The notes: a model not told the origin generated them from the sequence alone. Shown: positions 19,100 to 29,833, counted from the first letter of the stretch. The stretch: DNA of 64,000 bases from Candidatus Eiseniibacteriota bacterium (GCA_963762255.1 CAVXKA010000001.1:416001-480000), one strand, 5' to 3'. Made by a program: numbers and translations.

Positions 19100-20707
19100 A
19101 TGCCCGTCTCCACCGATTCCATCCTTCAAACCACGGTGGACCTCACTGCGCCTGCCCCGCTCGCGCGGCAGGCGGACATCCTGAACCGTTTCACCGGAAC
19201 CCCAGCCGTACTTGCCACGGTCGAGGCGGCGACCCGGGATGAGGATCCTCGCACTCGGTTTCGCAAGCTCGCCGAACTGTTCCGCAAGGCGGACCCCGAA
19301 TCCGCGGTGGAGATCCTGAAGATCGCCGGCAAGCTCTGCGTGCGGGAGGAGGCAAGCGGCCTTCGCCTGCTGTGCAGCTTCCTCGAGGTGAAGCGGCCGG
19401 GCGTGGAGGTGCTGCACCAGTTGGCCGCACTCTCCAGCCTGGAACGCGTCTCCCTGCGCATCGTGCAGGGAACCTGGCGCGAGCCGGACGGTTCGGATCA
19501 TGCGAGCTCCGCCCTTCCGATTGCGGAAGTGCTGCGCGAGGCCGCCGAGGTGGGAGCGATATCTCTCGAAGGGCAGGAGCTCCCCCGAGACGCCGCGACG
19601 ATTCGCGGGGCCCTGCAAGATCTGCGCGAGTGGTTTCGCGGCGTCGAGACCCGTGTCAGCGACGGCCAGAAGCCCGACATCCGCGCGCTTCAGTTTGTGG
19701 CCCAGATCGGCATGCTCGAGATCAATCTCATGGAAAAACGGGTCTCGGAGATTGCCGGGTCCATCGACCCCTACGACGTGCGCGGTATGGGCCGCCTCAT
19801 GCCGATCGTGAGCCGCTACGACCAGGACATCGAGCACATGAAGAGCGTGGTGTCCCGCCTCACCACCTATGAGCCCTTCTACGAACGGCTGATCTCGATG
19901 GAGCATGCGGTCTCCTCCAGCGAGATGGAAAAGATTCAGCGGCGGTTGCTCGCCGATCCCTTGGCGCAGCCGCTCGGACTGATCGTCCGAGGCATGCGGG
20001 AGAACCCCATTCTCGACCGGGAGTTCATCTTCCTGGTCTCTCTCGTCCACCAGATCTGGACGCTCCGCTCGCTCACGGTCGAGAACGCGGGACCACGCCC
20101 CGACGCGCTCTCCGTCTTTCTCGAGGTGGTGCGGCACGGCCGCGGCGGGAGCGGCGTGCGGTTGACGCTGGAACAGGATGTCGCGGATTCGATCTGGCCG
20201 ACCGTCCAGACGTGGGGGGTGCTGCGGAGGGCGCCGGACGCGTTCGAGGTCCGCTATCGGGAGGACCGGGCCCTCGACTTCATTCACCCCGATGGCACGC
20301 CGCGCCTCCCGGCACGCCCTGACGAGCGCCAGCCGGCCGAACTCTCCCTCAAGGAACTCGTTCGGGTTCAGATCAACAACGAGCCGTTCGTGCTGGGGAT
20401 TCTGGACAACCCCAAGGCCACCCAACTCCCCGGGCTCATGGCGATGGTCGTGAACCAGACGCGCAGCCTTCGGGTGCTCGACCGGATCATGCGGGAACGT
20501 TCGCTCTACACCGGTCCGGCCAACAAGGACGTGCCGAGGCTCCTGCTCATGAGCCCGGCGCGGATCTCGATGAACAGCCTCAAGCGGTTCATCCACGTTC
20601 GGTTCGTGAGCAAGGTGGACCTGGAGAGGCTGTCACGGCGAGGTACGGAGGTCCGGGAAGAAGTCCGGCGGGAGATCCTGGCCTACTTGGGCACGTTGCG
20701 GAAGTGA
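19100..20707 (+). CDS. Hypothetical protein (largely alpha-helical)
   Basis: Long ORF with protein-like composition; start uncertain (ATG 19100 chosen). Confidence 0.75.
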   Translation: MPVSTDSILQTTVDLTAPAPLARQADILNRFTGTPAVLATVEAATRDEDPRTRFRKLAELFRKADPESAVEILKIAGKLCVREEASGLRLLCSFLEVKRPGVEVLHQLAALSSLERVSLRIVQGTWREPDGSDHASSALPIAEVLREAAEVGAISLEGQELPRDAATIRGALQDLREWFRGVETRVSDGQKPDIRALQFVAQIGMLEINLMEKRVSEIAGSIDPYDVRGMGRLMPIVSRYDQDIEHMKSVVSRLTTYEPFYERLISMEHAVSSSEMEKIQRRLLADPLAQPLGLIVRGMRENPILDREFIFLVSLVHQIWTLRSLTVENAGPRPDALSVFLEVVRHGRGGSGVRLTLEQDVADSIWPTVQTWGVLRRAPDAFEVRYREDRALDFIHPDGTPRLPARPDERQPAELSLKELVRVQINNEPFVLGILDNPKATQLPGLMAMVVNQTRSLRVLDRIMRERSLYTGPANKDVPRLLLMSPARISMNSLKRFIHVRFVSKVDLERLSRRGTEVREEVRREILAYLGTLRK

Positions 20708-20895
20708 AACGGGTCGCGCGCCTCTGATCGGTCTTCGCGGGGATCTCCGTCGTACATCACGACGCCGGAATCGCCGCACTCCGGGCACTCGAACTCGTCT
20801 AACGCCGCCGAGGTCTGCACGCACAGCTCACAGACCTCATGTCCGCAAGTCGGGCACGCGCCTACCGCGATCTCGTCATGGTCCGTGCACCTCAG
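20683..20895 (-). CDS. Small B-box-type zinc-finger protein with probable CTG start
   Basis: (M)RCTDHDEIAVGACPTCGHEVCELC...ECPECG, 70 aa; GGAGGTGA SD 6 nt upstream of CTG; in-frame TGA just upstream excludes an earlier ATG/GTG start. Confidence 0.7.
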   Translation of the reverse strand: MRCTDHDEIAVGACPTCGHEVCELCVQTSAALDEFECPECGDSGVVMYDGDPREDRSEARDPFHFRNVPK

Positions 20896-20935
20896 CGCCG
20901 CTCACCTCCCCTGCCGTCGGGGATTCCTCCCGCCG

Positions 20936-22297
20936 CTACCAGGTGTACTCCCCGACCTTGAGGCCCAGCTTGAACGCGATCGCGGTCTTCTTGGCGTACC
21001 AGAGCCACGTGTTGATCTGGTTCCCGCTCTCCGTCTCCTGGTAGGTGTAGACCGCGTCGGGGGCTCCCATCTTCTGGAACGCCTCGAGCTCTTCCTTGAT
21101 CGCGAGCCCCTGCGCCTCGGCGACGGGAAGCTCCTTGCCGGCGATTGACTTGGAGACCACGAGCGCCATGACGGTGTGTTCCTGATCGCCCTGCTTGGCC
21201 AGCACCTGGGCCAGGAACTGCCAGATCGCCGGATCCGCGGGGGCGAGGTTCAAGTATTGCCCCACGACCCGCTTCGCATCCTCGAGGTCCTGCGCGCTGA
21301 GATGAGCCTGGATCTCGTTGAAGAGGGAGTTGAGATGCGTCTCGCGGGTGTCCCCCTCGGGGGGGGCCAACTCGGCCGCCTTGGCGAAGGCCGCCGCCGC
21401 CTTGCGGAAGCACTCCTGGGCCTGAGGGGAGATCGTCTCGCCACTATCCCCGCGCGCGAGTGCCCCGCCTTCGGTGAGGTAGGCAAGACCCATGTCGAAG
21501 TAAAGGACCGGATCGTCGGGGCGGGTGTCGAGGACCTTCTGCAGAAGCTCGCGCGCGGCGCGGGCCGAGTCTGCAGCCGCCTGCGCGACGGTACCGATCG
21601 GAGCCTCCCGGACAAGGCGATCTGCAGTGTCGATGAGCCCGTTGGCGGCATCCACGTAGATGCTCTCAAGGAGCTTCCTCAAACCGGCGTTCTCGGGATC
21701 GACGGCGAGGCCCTGCCGGACCAGCTCCGCGGCCGCGCTCTTGTGATCCGAGTTGATGAGCGCCACAGCCCCCTGCTGATAGGCCCGGCTCTCATGAGGG
21801 TCGAGCAGCCGCGCGACTTGGAATTCCACGCTCGCCGCGTCGAACTTCCCTTCCTTGGCGAACTTGAGGCCTCGGTTGTAGTGATCGACCCAGAAGTGCT
21901 GGCGATTCTCGTTGGTGAATTTCTTGTTCGACTTGTCCTTGGGGTCCACCGCGAGCGCGCTGTCGAACTCCGCTCCGGAGGTGGCGAAGAGGCCCAGAAT
22001 CTCGGTCAGGAGCGCTTCCTGACCCACCGCGCCGGCGTACTCGTTCAGCATGCGCTCGCTGCCATACTGGGCCAACGCGATCGCGTAGCGGGCGCGGTAC
22101 TCCGCCTTCTCCGGACAGAGCTTGACCGAGCTCTCGAAGTACGACACGGACTTGTCGTACACCTTCTGGGCGAAGTAGAGCTTGCCGCTTCGGAAATCGT
22201 TGGCGCAGTTCTCCTCACCCGCCGCGGGCAGGGTGAGGACCGCCAAAGCTACGAATGCCGCCAGCGCACCACCCAGGGTTCTCCGTCTCACGTGCAC
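20936..22297 (-). CDS. Secreted TPR-repeat protein
   Basis: Signal peptide; multiple TPR-like helical repeats (e.g. ALAVDP, ARLLDP, LNLAPAD). Confidence 0.85.
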   Translation of the reverse strand: MHVRRRTLGGALAAFVALAVLTLPAAGEENCANDFRSGKLYFAQKVYDKSVSYFESSVKLCPEKAEYRARYAIALAQYGSERMLNEYAGAVGQEALLTEILGLFATSGAEFDSALAVDPKDKSNKKFTNENRQHFWVDHYNRGLKFAKEGKFDAASVEFQVARLLDPHESRAYQQGAVALINSDHKSAAAELVRQGLAVDPENAGLRKLLESIYVDAANGLIDTADRLVREAPIGTVAQAAADSARAARELLQKVLDTRPDDPVLYFDMGLAYLTEGGALARGDSGETISPQAQECFRKAAAAFAKAAELAPPEGDTRETHLNSLFNEIQAHLSAQDLEDAKRVVGQYLNLAPADPAIWQFLAQVLAKQGDQEHTVMALVVSKSIAGKELPVAEAQGLAIKEELEAFQKMGAPDAVYTYQETESGNQINTWLWYAKKTAIAFKLGLKVGEYTW

Positions 22298-22506
22298 CTT
22301 CGTTCCTCCTGTGTCCGTAGCCCGGTCCGGACGATCTCAGCGCCCCCCAAAAAAACCGGGGGCAGTGTAGCCCACGACATGGTCGACTACAATGCGCCTC
22401 CCCGGTTTGGCAGGTCATACTGCTCTCCCGCCCGAGTCCTTCCCGCGGACGGAACCGCCCGCCCCGTCGCGCCGTGGCATTCTGGCGCCATCTCAATACG
22501 CACCAA

Positions 22507-23517
22507 TCAATTAACGAAAGTGGCGTCGCGCCCGTTCTGGATGAGGCGATCGACCTCATCCTGGTTCAACTCGAAGGTGTCGATGGCGAGGAGATACTCC
22601 TCGCTGAGCGACGTCGCCGACACGGTGGGGTTGTCGGTGGCCAGGGTCACCGGAACCCCCGCATCCATGAACCGCCGCAGGGGATGTTGGCCGATCGTCT
22701 CGACCGCGCCGGTGTGAAGGTTGGAGGAGATGCACACCTCGAGAGTGACCCGGTCCTTGGCGAGCCGTCGCACCAGCTCCTTGTCCTGGATTGCAGTCAC
22801 CCCGTGGCCGATGCGCTCCACCCCCAGGTCGTCGAGTGCGGACCAGACGTTTTGGGGACCCGTGTCCTCACCCGCATGAGCGGTGAGGCGGAACCCCATT
22901 CGACGGGCCAGCGCGTAGGCTTCCTTGAAGAGGATCGGCGGAAACGACCGCTCGGCGCCGGCGATGTCGAACCCCACCACTCCAGGGCTCTCGTGGTACC
23001 CGGCAAGCTCTCCCACGACTTCTCGCAGGAGAATCTTGGCCATGTTGCCGCCGTGGCCGCGGATGGCGATCACGGTGATCCCGAGCTTGAGGTCGGAGTA
23101 CTTCTTGAGCGCGTCCTTCATGCCCGCCCGAACCGAGTTCAGCACCTGACGGCTGGTGAGCCCGGCCCGGCGATGGATGACCGGGTTGATGCGCAACTCC
23201 ATGGTGCGCACGCCATCCAGGTAGGCGTCCTCGCAGATCTCGAACGCAATCGTGCGGAGGTTGTCGTAGAACTGGGTGTACTGGAGCGGCACGTGGAACT
23301 TGTCGAGGTAGTCGAGAAGGGAGCGGTCATGCTCCTTGTCCCAGCAGAGCATTCGAGAGAAGCCCTCGAAGTCCATCCCGGGGATGGCCGAGTAGTACTT
23401 CTGCGAGAGGTGCCACAGGGTGGCGGGCCGGATGGCTCCGTCGAAGTGGCGGTGGATCTCGGTGAGACCCTTCTCCCTGAGGTAGGCAAGCTTTTCGTCG
23501 CGGGTCCAGTCACGCAC
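22507..23517 (-). CDS. add: Adenosine deaminase family protein
   Basis: EIHRHFDGA, GFDIAGAE, TAHAGE, ERIGHG, EVCISSN, ATDNP motifs. Confidence 0.9.
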   Translation of the reverse strand: MRDWTRDEKLAYLREKGLTEIHRHFDGAIRPATLWHLSQKYYSAIPGMDFEGFSRMLCWDKEHDRSLLDYLDKFHVPLQYTQFYDNLRTIAFEICEDAYLDGVRTMELRINPVIHRRAGLTSRQVLNSVRAGMKDALKKYSDLKLGITVIAIRGHGGNMAKILLREVVGELAGYHESPGVVGFDIAGAERSFPPILFKEAYALARRMGFRLTAHAGEDTGPQNVWSALDDLGVERIGHGVTAIQDKELVRRLAKDRVTLEVCISSNLHTGAVETIGQHPLRRFMDAGVPVTLATDNPTVSATSLSEEYLLAIDTFELNQDEVDRLIQNGRDATFVN

Positions 23518-23611
23518 TCGGGGAACCCCCTCAAGCGCCCGGGCGCGCGGCCGGCGGAAGGCCCGCCGCGGGGGAGCTTCGGGGGATTATACGCGGTCCG
23601 CGGAGCGCGGC

Positions 23612-25127
23612 TCAGTGATAGAGCGTCTTGATCTTCCCCCACGTCACCGAGCGGACGGAGACCGGCGCGGTGCAGGACTCCACGAGCGGGTTGCACCCCG
23701 CTGTGCCGATCTTGCCAGAGTACGTCGCGCCGCCGATGGAGATCCAACCCTGCCGGTCCACGCTCACGACGCGTTCGGCCCCGTCGCAGTTGGCGATCTT
23801 CACCAGGCCGGTCGAGGAGTAGCCCGTCACCCCCATCGCGGCAGGCGAGTACGCGCCGATGTAGAGATACCCCACGGGCACCAGGAGCTTCTGTTGGCAA
23901 GTGCTCTTGAACCATGTGATGGTGTTGCCGACACCGGATTGCGGCCAGCCGTCCTGGGGAAACTCAATTTCGGCGCAGTGATTCCAGGACCACACCGCGA
24001 TGCCCGTGGCGGGCGACTCACCGTGGTCGTACACGAGAGTGGCCTGAATGCCCGTGATCCCGGTGCTGCCCTCGTCCAGGGTGCGGGGGCTGGCCAGGAA
24101 GTACACGTAGTAGGGTGTGCCTTTCGCAGACACCGCGTCGGCGTGCGTGACGATGTCGTCGTATTCAGTCGGGGTGTTGCCGCACCCCATTCCGGGTTCG
24201 GCGGGCACGATGTGGAGGAGGACGGCGGGCTCGGCGGGAGGAATGTCCGGAGGCACCGGGGTGTCGATCCGTTCGAACTTCTGCACGCGGTCCGGTCCCA
24301 GGACGTAGACGTTGCAGTTCTCATCCACGGTCACCTTGACGGGCTCGACCGTGCCCCACTTGCCCAGTTCGACTCCGCCGAGGTCGAAAACGTGAACTTC
24401 CTTCTTGCGCCTGTCTCCCACATAAACGTGCCCGTCGCGGTCAATTGCCATACAGCTTCCAGACCAGGAGATCCCCCACATCTGAACGAAGCTTCCGTCC
24501 ACACCAAACTCCTGCACACGGCGGTTTCCGGAGTCGAGGATGTAGACGTGGTCATACATATCCATCGCAATGCCCATGATGGGGCCGCTGGTCTGCCCGG
24601 GACCCGAACCAGAACGTCCCCCAGTACCCCGTGAGCGTCCCGTTCGGCGAAAACCTCCGGACCGAGGGAATCCCACCCGCGGCGAAGAAGTCGCCTCGTT
24701 GGCTAATCGCGAATTCTCCGCCGAACGCGAAGCCGCTCGTTCCCGCATAGTCGCAGAATGAGAAGACCAGGGTACCCGCGGTGGTGAGCCTGTGAAGCAA
24801 CTTGGAGTCGCATTGACCCGATATCCAGTTATCGGTGCCGTAGAGAAAGCCGCTCCGATCCATGGCGAGTCCGCGGAAGTCGCACACGTTGGCGGGCAAC
24901 GGCAGCACCTCTGCCTGCGCCAGGTCTGCCGTCATCCGGTTGAAGTCATAATGCTGGTCCGACCAGAAGAGATAGCCCGCACCCACAGTTGCCGTCAGAG
25001 GCTCACTTGAGATCGGCGCGGAGGCCAGGAGTTTCGGGGGAATGGCCGCTTCGGCAAGCGCCGCCGACGCGAGGACGGAGATCGCGGAAAGAACGAGGGC
25101 GCGACTGAGGACTGAGCGGGTACTCAT
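23612..25127 (-). pseudogene. Secreted NHL-repeat protein with Cys-rich C-terminal domain and TWGKIK tail, split by a 1-nt frameshift at ~24620
   Basis: Signal peptide and propeller repeats in 25127-24620 frame continue as GSGPGQ...GIAMD...VYILDSGNRRVQEF in another frame; removing one base of the C5 run at 24618-24622 fuses them. Confidence 0.75.
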
Positions 25128-25228
25128 GGACCACCTCCTTGAGGGGTTACCCGGATGATAGACCACAAACGGGGGAAAGGCGGCCATCAAGTACATCGAA
25201 AACTGTGCTGGAAAACCGACTAAACAAG

Positions 25229-26056
25229 TCAGAATAGCGAGAGATCGCCTTGCAGCCCCAGCAGCCGCTGCAGGATCCGGGCGCTCTTGACCGCCCGCCC
25301 CATGTAGCAGTTGTTGAAGAAGACATAGGTGCGGTTCGTTTCAGCGGCGAGCCTGCGGATGCGATCGAGCCACTCGCTGAGTTCCTCCGCGCTGTAGTCC
25401 CAGTCGTAGCGCTCGTGCCCTCCTTGCCACCATGTCGCCTGGTTGCGACCGTGGAAGCGCACGTAGCCGGTGTCGATGGTGGCGGTGGCGACCGGCGGCA
25501 TGAGCCCGGGCAGTGCCGGCTCGTCCACCGCGCAGAAGCCGAGGCTCAATCGCTTGAGGTAGTCGTAGACAGGCTCCTGGTTCCAGCTCTCGTGGCGGAA
25601 CTCGGCCCACAGACGCATGTCGGGGAGCGCCTCGCGCAGAAAGGCAAGGTGCGCGCGGTGACGCGGCTCATTGCGGAAGCCGAACGGGAACTGGAGGAGC
25701 ACGCCGTCGAACTTGCCGGCCGCGCGCAGGGGGTCGATGGCGTCAAGGAACGTCCGATAGAGCGCGGTTTCCCGGCTCTGGGCGTGTGTCATCTCCTGAT
25801 GCGCCTTCACCACGAAGAGAAAGTCGCGGGGAGACTTCTTGGCCATCGTCTCGAAGCTGCGCGCGGGCGGGATGCGGTAATAGGTGGCGTTGACCTCCAC
25901 CACCTGGAACATTCGCGCATAGTGCGTGAGGAATTCCGACTTGGGAGTGCCCTTGGGGTAGACGGGCCCGACCCAGTCGTCGAACGAGTACCCGGAAGCT
26001 CCGATGAGGAGCTTCGACTCCAACTCCTCTTGGGTGAGAAGGTTGCTCTCGCTCAT
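25229..26056 (-). CDS. DUF72 domain protein
   Basis: IGASGYSF, VEVNATYY, LLQFP, EFRHESW, YVRFHGRN, YVFFNN motifs; ATGA-coupled to dinB. Confidence 0.92.
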   Translation of the reverse strand: MSESNLLTQEELESKLLIGASGYSFDDWVGPVYPKGTPKSEFLTHYARMFQVVEVNATYYRIPPARSFETMAKKSPRDFLFVVKAHQEMTHAQSRETALYRTFLDAIDPLRAAGKFDGVLLQFPFGFRNEPRHRAHLAFLREALPDMRLWAEFRHESWNQEPVYDYLKRLSLGFCAVDEPALPGLMPPVATATIDTGYVRFHGRNQATWWQGGHERYDWDYSAEELSEWLDRIRRLAAETNRTYVFFNNCYMGRAVKSARILQRLLGLQGDLSLF

Positions 26057-27249
26057 GGTTCGCGTTCCTCCCGCAAGAATACTCCGGCCGGAAGGAGGAG
26101 GCCCTCGCCGAAGCGGTTGCGTATCCGGTCCCCGGCCCGGATGAGATCGCGGCGACGGCGATCCTCGATCAAGAACCCCGGGGCGGCTTCCCCCGACGTG
26201 AGCTCCATTCCCGCCACGCCCAATAGCCTCAAGGCGCGGCCTCGGCGGGCCGCTTCCAGAAGATCCCACGACGTCAACGCCAGGATGCGCGCGTCGTCGG
26301 TGGGCTCATCGAGCGCTCGCTGACGGCTGAACCGCTGCTGCTTCACCTTGAACCGAACCGCCACCGTGCGCGCCAGAAACCGATGCCGGCGCAACCGGCG
26401 CGCCACGCGATCTGCAAGAAGCCAGGTCGTGGCGCGGAGGAACGGAGCGGAGACGACGTCTTCCGCAAAGGTCGTCTCGTGCCCGGCGCTCTTGGCGAGC
26501 GGCTCCTCTCCGGCGGCCAATACCTCTCGGGTATCTTCGCCGCGAGCGCTCGCGCTCAACTGGGTGGCCCAGCGCCCGAACCCCTCGCGAAGCTGACGGG
26601 GATCGGCTTCGGCCAGATCGCGAACGGTAACGACCCCGCGCCGCGCGAGAAACTCGCCGGTCTTGGGTCCGACACCCGGGATCCTGGAGACGAGTTTTTC
26701 GCCGAACACGTTCAGGAAGCGGTCGGGAGGAACCGCACTCACCCCACCCGGCTTGGCCAGCGAGGACGCCATCTTTGCTTGAAGCTTGTTGGCGGCCGCT
26801 CCCACCGTGCAGGAAAGCCCGCGCTCGGCCAGGATGACGCGCCGGATTGCCGCACCGATCTCCGCCGCCTCCGCTTCCCACGTGTTTTCGCTTGCCGGAG
26901 GGAAGGAGAGGTAGGCCTCGTCGATGCTCGCCGGCTCCACCAGCGGTGAGAATCGGTCGAGAACGGCCAGGACCTCGAGCGATTCATGCACGTACTTGGG
27001 AGGATCCACCGGGAGCACGAAGAGGTGAGGGCACAGGCGGAGCGCCTCGGCCATGGACATCCCCGAATGCACCCCGAAGCTCCGCGCCGAATAGGAGGCG
27101 GTCGTGACCACCCCGCGCTTCCCCGGCCCGCCCCCCACCGCAAGCGGCATCCCTGCCAGCCGGGGATCGGAGCGGATCTCCACCGAGGCGAAGAACGCGT
27201 CCATGTCGACATGGAGAACAAGAGGCCGGAGCACGGGTTTTTCCTTCAC
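26053..27249 (-). CDS. dinB: DNA polymerase IV (Y family)
   Basis: LHVDMDAFFASVE, SYSARSFGVHSGM, SIDEAYL, AKMAS...KPGG, IPGVGPKT; start uncertain. Confidence 0.93.
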   Translation of the reverse strand: MKEKPVLRPLVLHVDMDAFFASVEIRSDPRLAGMPLAVGGGPGKRGVVTTASYSARSFGVHSGMSMAEALRLCPHLFVLPVDPPKYVHESLEVLAVLDRFSPLVEPASIDEAYLSFPPASENTWEAEAAEIGAAIRRVILAERGLSCTVGAAANKLQAKMASSLAKPGGVSAVPPDRFLNVFGEKLVSRIPGVGPKTGEFLARRGVVTVRDLAEADPRQLREGFGRWATQLSASARGEDTREVLAAGEEPLAKSAGHETTFAEDVVSAPFLRATTWLLADRVARRLRRHRFLARTVAVRFKVKQQRFSRQRALDEPTDDARILALTSWDLLEAARRGRALRLLGVAGMELTSGEAAPGFLIEDRRRRDLIRAGDRIRNRFGEGLLLPAGVFLREEREP

Positions 27250-27311
27250 ATCGTCCGGGACAGTCGCTAGGCTGCGGGGGGAGTTTCCGGGGAAGCGGAT
27301 GTCATCATAAC

Positions 27312-27333
27312 ATACCAGACATATGTTTGGTAT
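27312..27333. promoter_or_regulatory. Palindromic operator upstream of dinB (candidate LexA box)
   Basis: ATACCAGACAT-ATGTTTGGTAT, 22-bp palindrome with one mismatch; similar site at 40471. Confidence 0.55.
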
Positions 27334-27423
27334 CCCCACTCCTCTCGATCCTCTATTCTTATGAGCTGCTAGTACTTAGTGCGTAACATGGCGAGGCTTT
27401 CCGCCGCGCCGCAAAGGGAACCC

Positions 27424-28938
27424 ATGAACCTCGACTCCCAACCCACCGTGCTCACCCGCGGGATCGACTTCGATCTCACCCCGGAAGCCGTGTTCCTCAA
27501 CATGAATCGCATCCCGGGGTTCTTCTTCCTGGACAGCGGCATGGCCGACCACGAACTGTCGCGCTACTCCTACATCGGGGTCGCCCCCTTCCTCACGCTG
27601 CACAGTCGCGGCGACGGGATCGACATCGTGGAGGGCAAGAGGGTCCGCCACCTGACCGGGAACCCGCTGGCGATCCTGCAGTCGCAGTTGCAGCAGATGC
27701 GCCTCATGGGTGGAAGTCCCCTGGTGCCGTTCTCGGGGGGCGGGGTCGGGTACTTCGGCTACGAGCTCGGCCGTACGACGGCGGGCATTCCGCTCCACGC
27801 CACCGATGATCTCGGTCTCCCCGAGATGCATGTCTCGTTCTACAAGACCATTCTCGCGTACGAGCACAAGACCCGGCGTTGGATCGGGGCGGCGGTAGAC
27901 CTGAGCGGTGGACGCGGCACCACGATCCGCAAGCGGCTCGGGAACGATATCGAAAAGCTCCGCGAGCTGGCCTCGAAACCCCACCGAGGAATCGTGACCG
28001 CGGCGACCACGACCGTCGAGGCTTCGCCCACGGAAGAGGAGGAGATCGCCGCGTCGCCCGAGGTACACCCGGATCGCCGCTATCAGGTGGATGGCGTCGA
28101 CGTTGTCTCGACGATGAGCCGGGAGGAGTACCTGGCCGGTGTGCGCAAGATCAAGGAGCACATCGCCGCCGGAGACATCTACCAGGCCAACCTGACCCAG
28201 CGCTGGAGTGTTCCCTACGCCGACGAGCCCGGCAAACTCTACTCCGCACTCCGCCAGGTGAGCCCTGCCCCGTTCGGGTTCTTCATGAACACCGGCGAGT
28301 GCATCATCGCCGGATCCTCGCCCGAGTGCTTCCTCTCCTTGCAGGGACGCGCGGTGGAAACGCGCCCGATCAAGGGCACGCGGCCTCGGGGGGCCAGCCC
28401 GGAAGAGGACGCGCGGATGAGGCGTGAACTCGAGGAGAGCGCGAAGGACAAAGCCGAACTCACCATGATCGCCGACCTGGAGCGCAACGATCTCGGCCGC
28501 GTCTGCACGGCGGGAACAGTGGAGGTGTCGGAACTCCACCGGCTCGAGTCCTTCGCCAACGTGCATCACCTGGTCTCGGTGGTGCGCGGCGAACTGCGCC
28601 CCGACGCCGGCTTGCAGGATCTCTTCGAGGCCACGTTCCCGAGCGGATCGGTGACGGGCACGCCGAAGAAGCGGGCCATGGAAATCCTGGATCAGGTGGA
28701 AGGCACCGCGCGCGGCCCCTATACCGGCGCGATGGGCTACATGGGCCTCGACGGCTCGCTGGCATTGAACGTCGCGATCCGCACGCTGGTGTTGTCGCAG
28801 GGCGTCTGCCACCTCGGCGTGGGGGGAGGCATCGTGGCCGACTCGAATCCCGAGGCCGAGTACGAGGAGTGCGTGGCGAAGGCGCGCGGCATGCTGGCCG
28901 CGCTCCGCGAGACGCTGGCGACGCCGGTGAGTTCGTGA
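27424..28938 (+). CDS. pabB: Aminodeoxychorismate synthase component I (anthranilate-synthase-like)
   Basis: GDIYQANL, SSPECF, TRPIKGTRPR, DLERNDLGRV, FPSGSVTGTPK motifs; adjacent class IV aminotransferase. Confidence 0.85.
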   Translation: MNLDSQPTVLTRGIDFDLTPEAVFLNMNRIPGFFFLDSGMADHELSRYSYIGVAPFLTLHSRGDGIDIVEGKRVRHLTGNPLAILQSQLQQMRLMGGSPLVPFSGGGVGYFGYELGRTTAGIPLHATDDLGLPEMHVSFYKTILAYEHKTRRWIGAAVDLSGGRGTTIRKRLGNDIEKLRELASKPHRGIVTAATTTVEASPTEEEEIAASPEVHPDRRYQVDGVDVVSTMSREEYLAGVRKIKEHIAAGDIYQANLTQRWSVPYADEPGKLYSALRQVSPAPFGFFMNTGECIIAGSSPECFLSLQGRAVETRPIKGTRPRGASPEEDARMRRELEESAKDKAELTMIADLERNDLGRVCTAGTVEVSELHRLESFANVHHLVSVVRGELRPDAGLQDLFEATFPSGSVTGTPKKRAMEILDQVEGTARGPYTGAMGYMGLDGSLALNVAIRTLVLSQGVCHLGVGGGIVADSNPEAEYEECVAKARGMLAALRETLATPVSS

Positions 28939-28945
28939 GACCGCA

Positions 28946-29833
28946 ATGGCCTTCGTCTTCCTGAACGGCGTATTGGTCCCCGCCGAAGACGCGATGGTCC
29001 CGGCCGACGATCGGGCCGTCCTTTTCGGAGACGGCGCCTACGAGACCATGCGCACCTATACCGGGCGCTTCTTTCGTTTTCCGGAGCATCTGCGCCGGCT
29101 GCGGCATACGCTCGAGGGCATGCGTCTGCCGTTGGCGACGAGCGACGACGCGATCGCGCAGGCCGCATTGGATCTCATCCGGGCCAACGATCTGCCCGAG
29201 GCCCGGCTGCGACTCACCGTGACCGGCGGGCGTCACGATGGAGCTATCCGGTTGCGGCGCTCCGGCGCGCCAAACCTCATCCTGACCGCCTCGCTCCTGG
29301 TCCCCCCGCCCTCGGAGCACTACCGCGACGGCGTGGACGTGGTGCTCTCCCCCTGGTCCGTGCACAGCGACTCGCCGCTTCCGCGCATCAAGACCGTCAA
29401 CCGGCTCATGCACCTCATGGCCAAGGAGGCGGCCCTGGAGCAGGGCGCGTACGAGTCGCTCTTCCTCGACGAGACGGGTGGCATCCTCGAGGGCACCGCC
29501 ACCAACGTGTTCTTCGTGGTGGACGGCGTGTTGCGCACCGCCTCGCTGGAGAGTCCGCTGCTCGAGGGGGTCACGCGGGAGGCCGTACTGCAGACGGCGC
29601 AGGAGGCGGGTGTGCGCATTCAGGAAGGGCGGGTCGGCGCCGAGGAACTGCTGAGAGCGAGCGAAGCGTTCCTCACCAGCACGACGATCGAACTCCTGCC
29701 GATACGCACGGTGAACGCGAGGCCTGTGGGCACGGGCCGCCCCGGCCCGATGTGGCGCGCGCTGTTCGAGCAGTTCCGCGCCAAGGTGAGCGCGGAGATC
29801 GGCGTCGCGCTCGCGCCGCTGCCGGTGGGGTGA
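28946..29833 (+). CDS. Class IV PLP aminotransferase (4-amino-4-deoxychorismate lyase/IlvE-like)
   Basis: FGDGAYET, IKTVN, EGTATNVF, LEGVTR, EAFLTST motifs. Confidence 0.88.
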   Translation: MAFVFLNGVLVPAEDAMVPADDRAVLFGDGAYETMRTYTGRFFRFPEHLRRLRHTLEGMRLPLATSDDAIAQAALDLIRANDLPEARLRLTVTGGRHDGAIRLRRSGAPNLILTASLLVPPPSEHYRDGVDVVLSPWSVHSDSPLPRIKTVNRLMHLMAKEAALEQGAYESLFLDETGGILEGTATNVFFVVDGVLRTASLESPLLEGVTREAVLQTAQEAGVRIQEGRVGAEELLRASEAFLTSTTIELLPIRTVNARPVGTGRPGPMWRALFEQFRAKVSAEIGVALAPLPVG

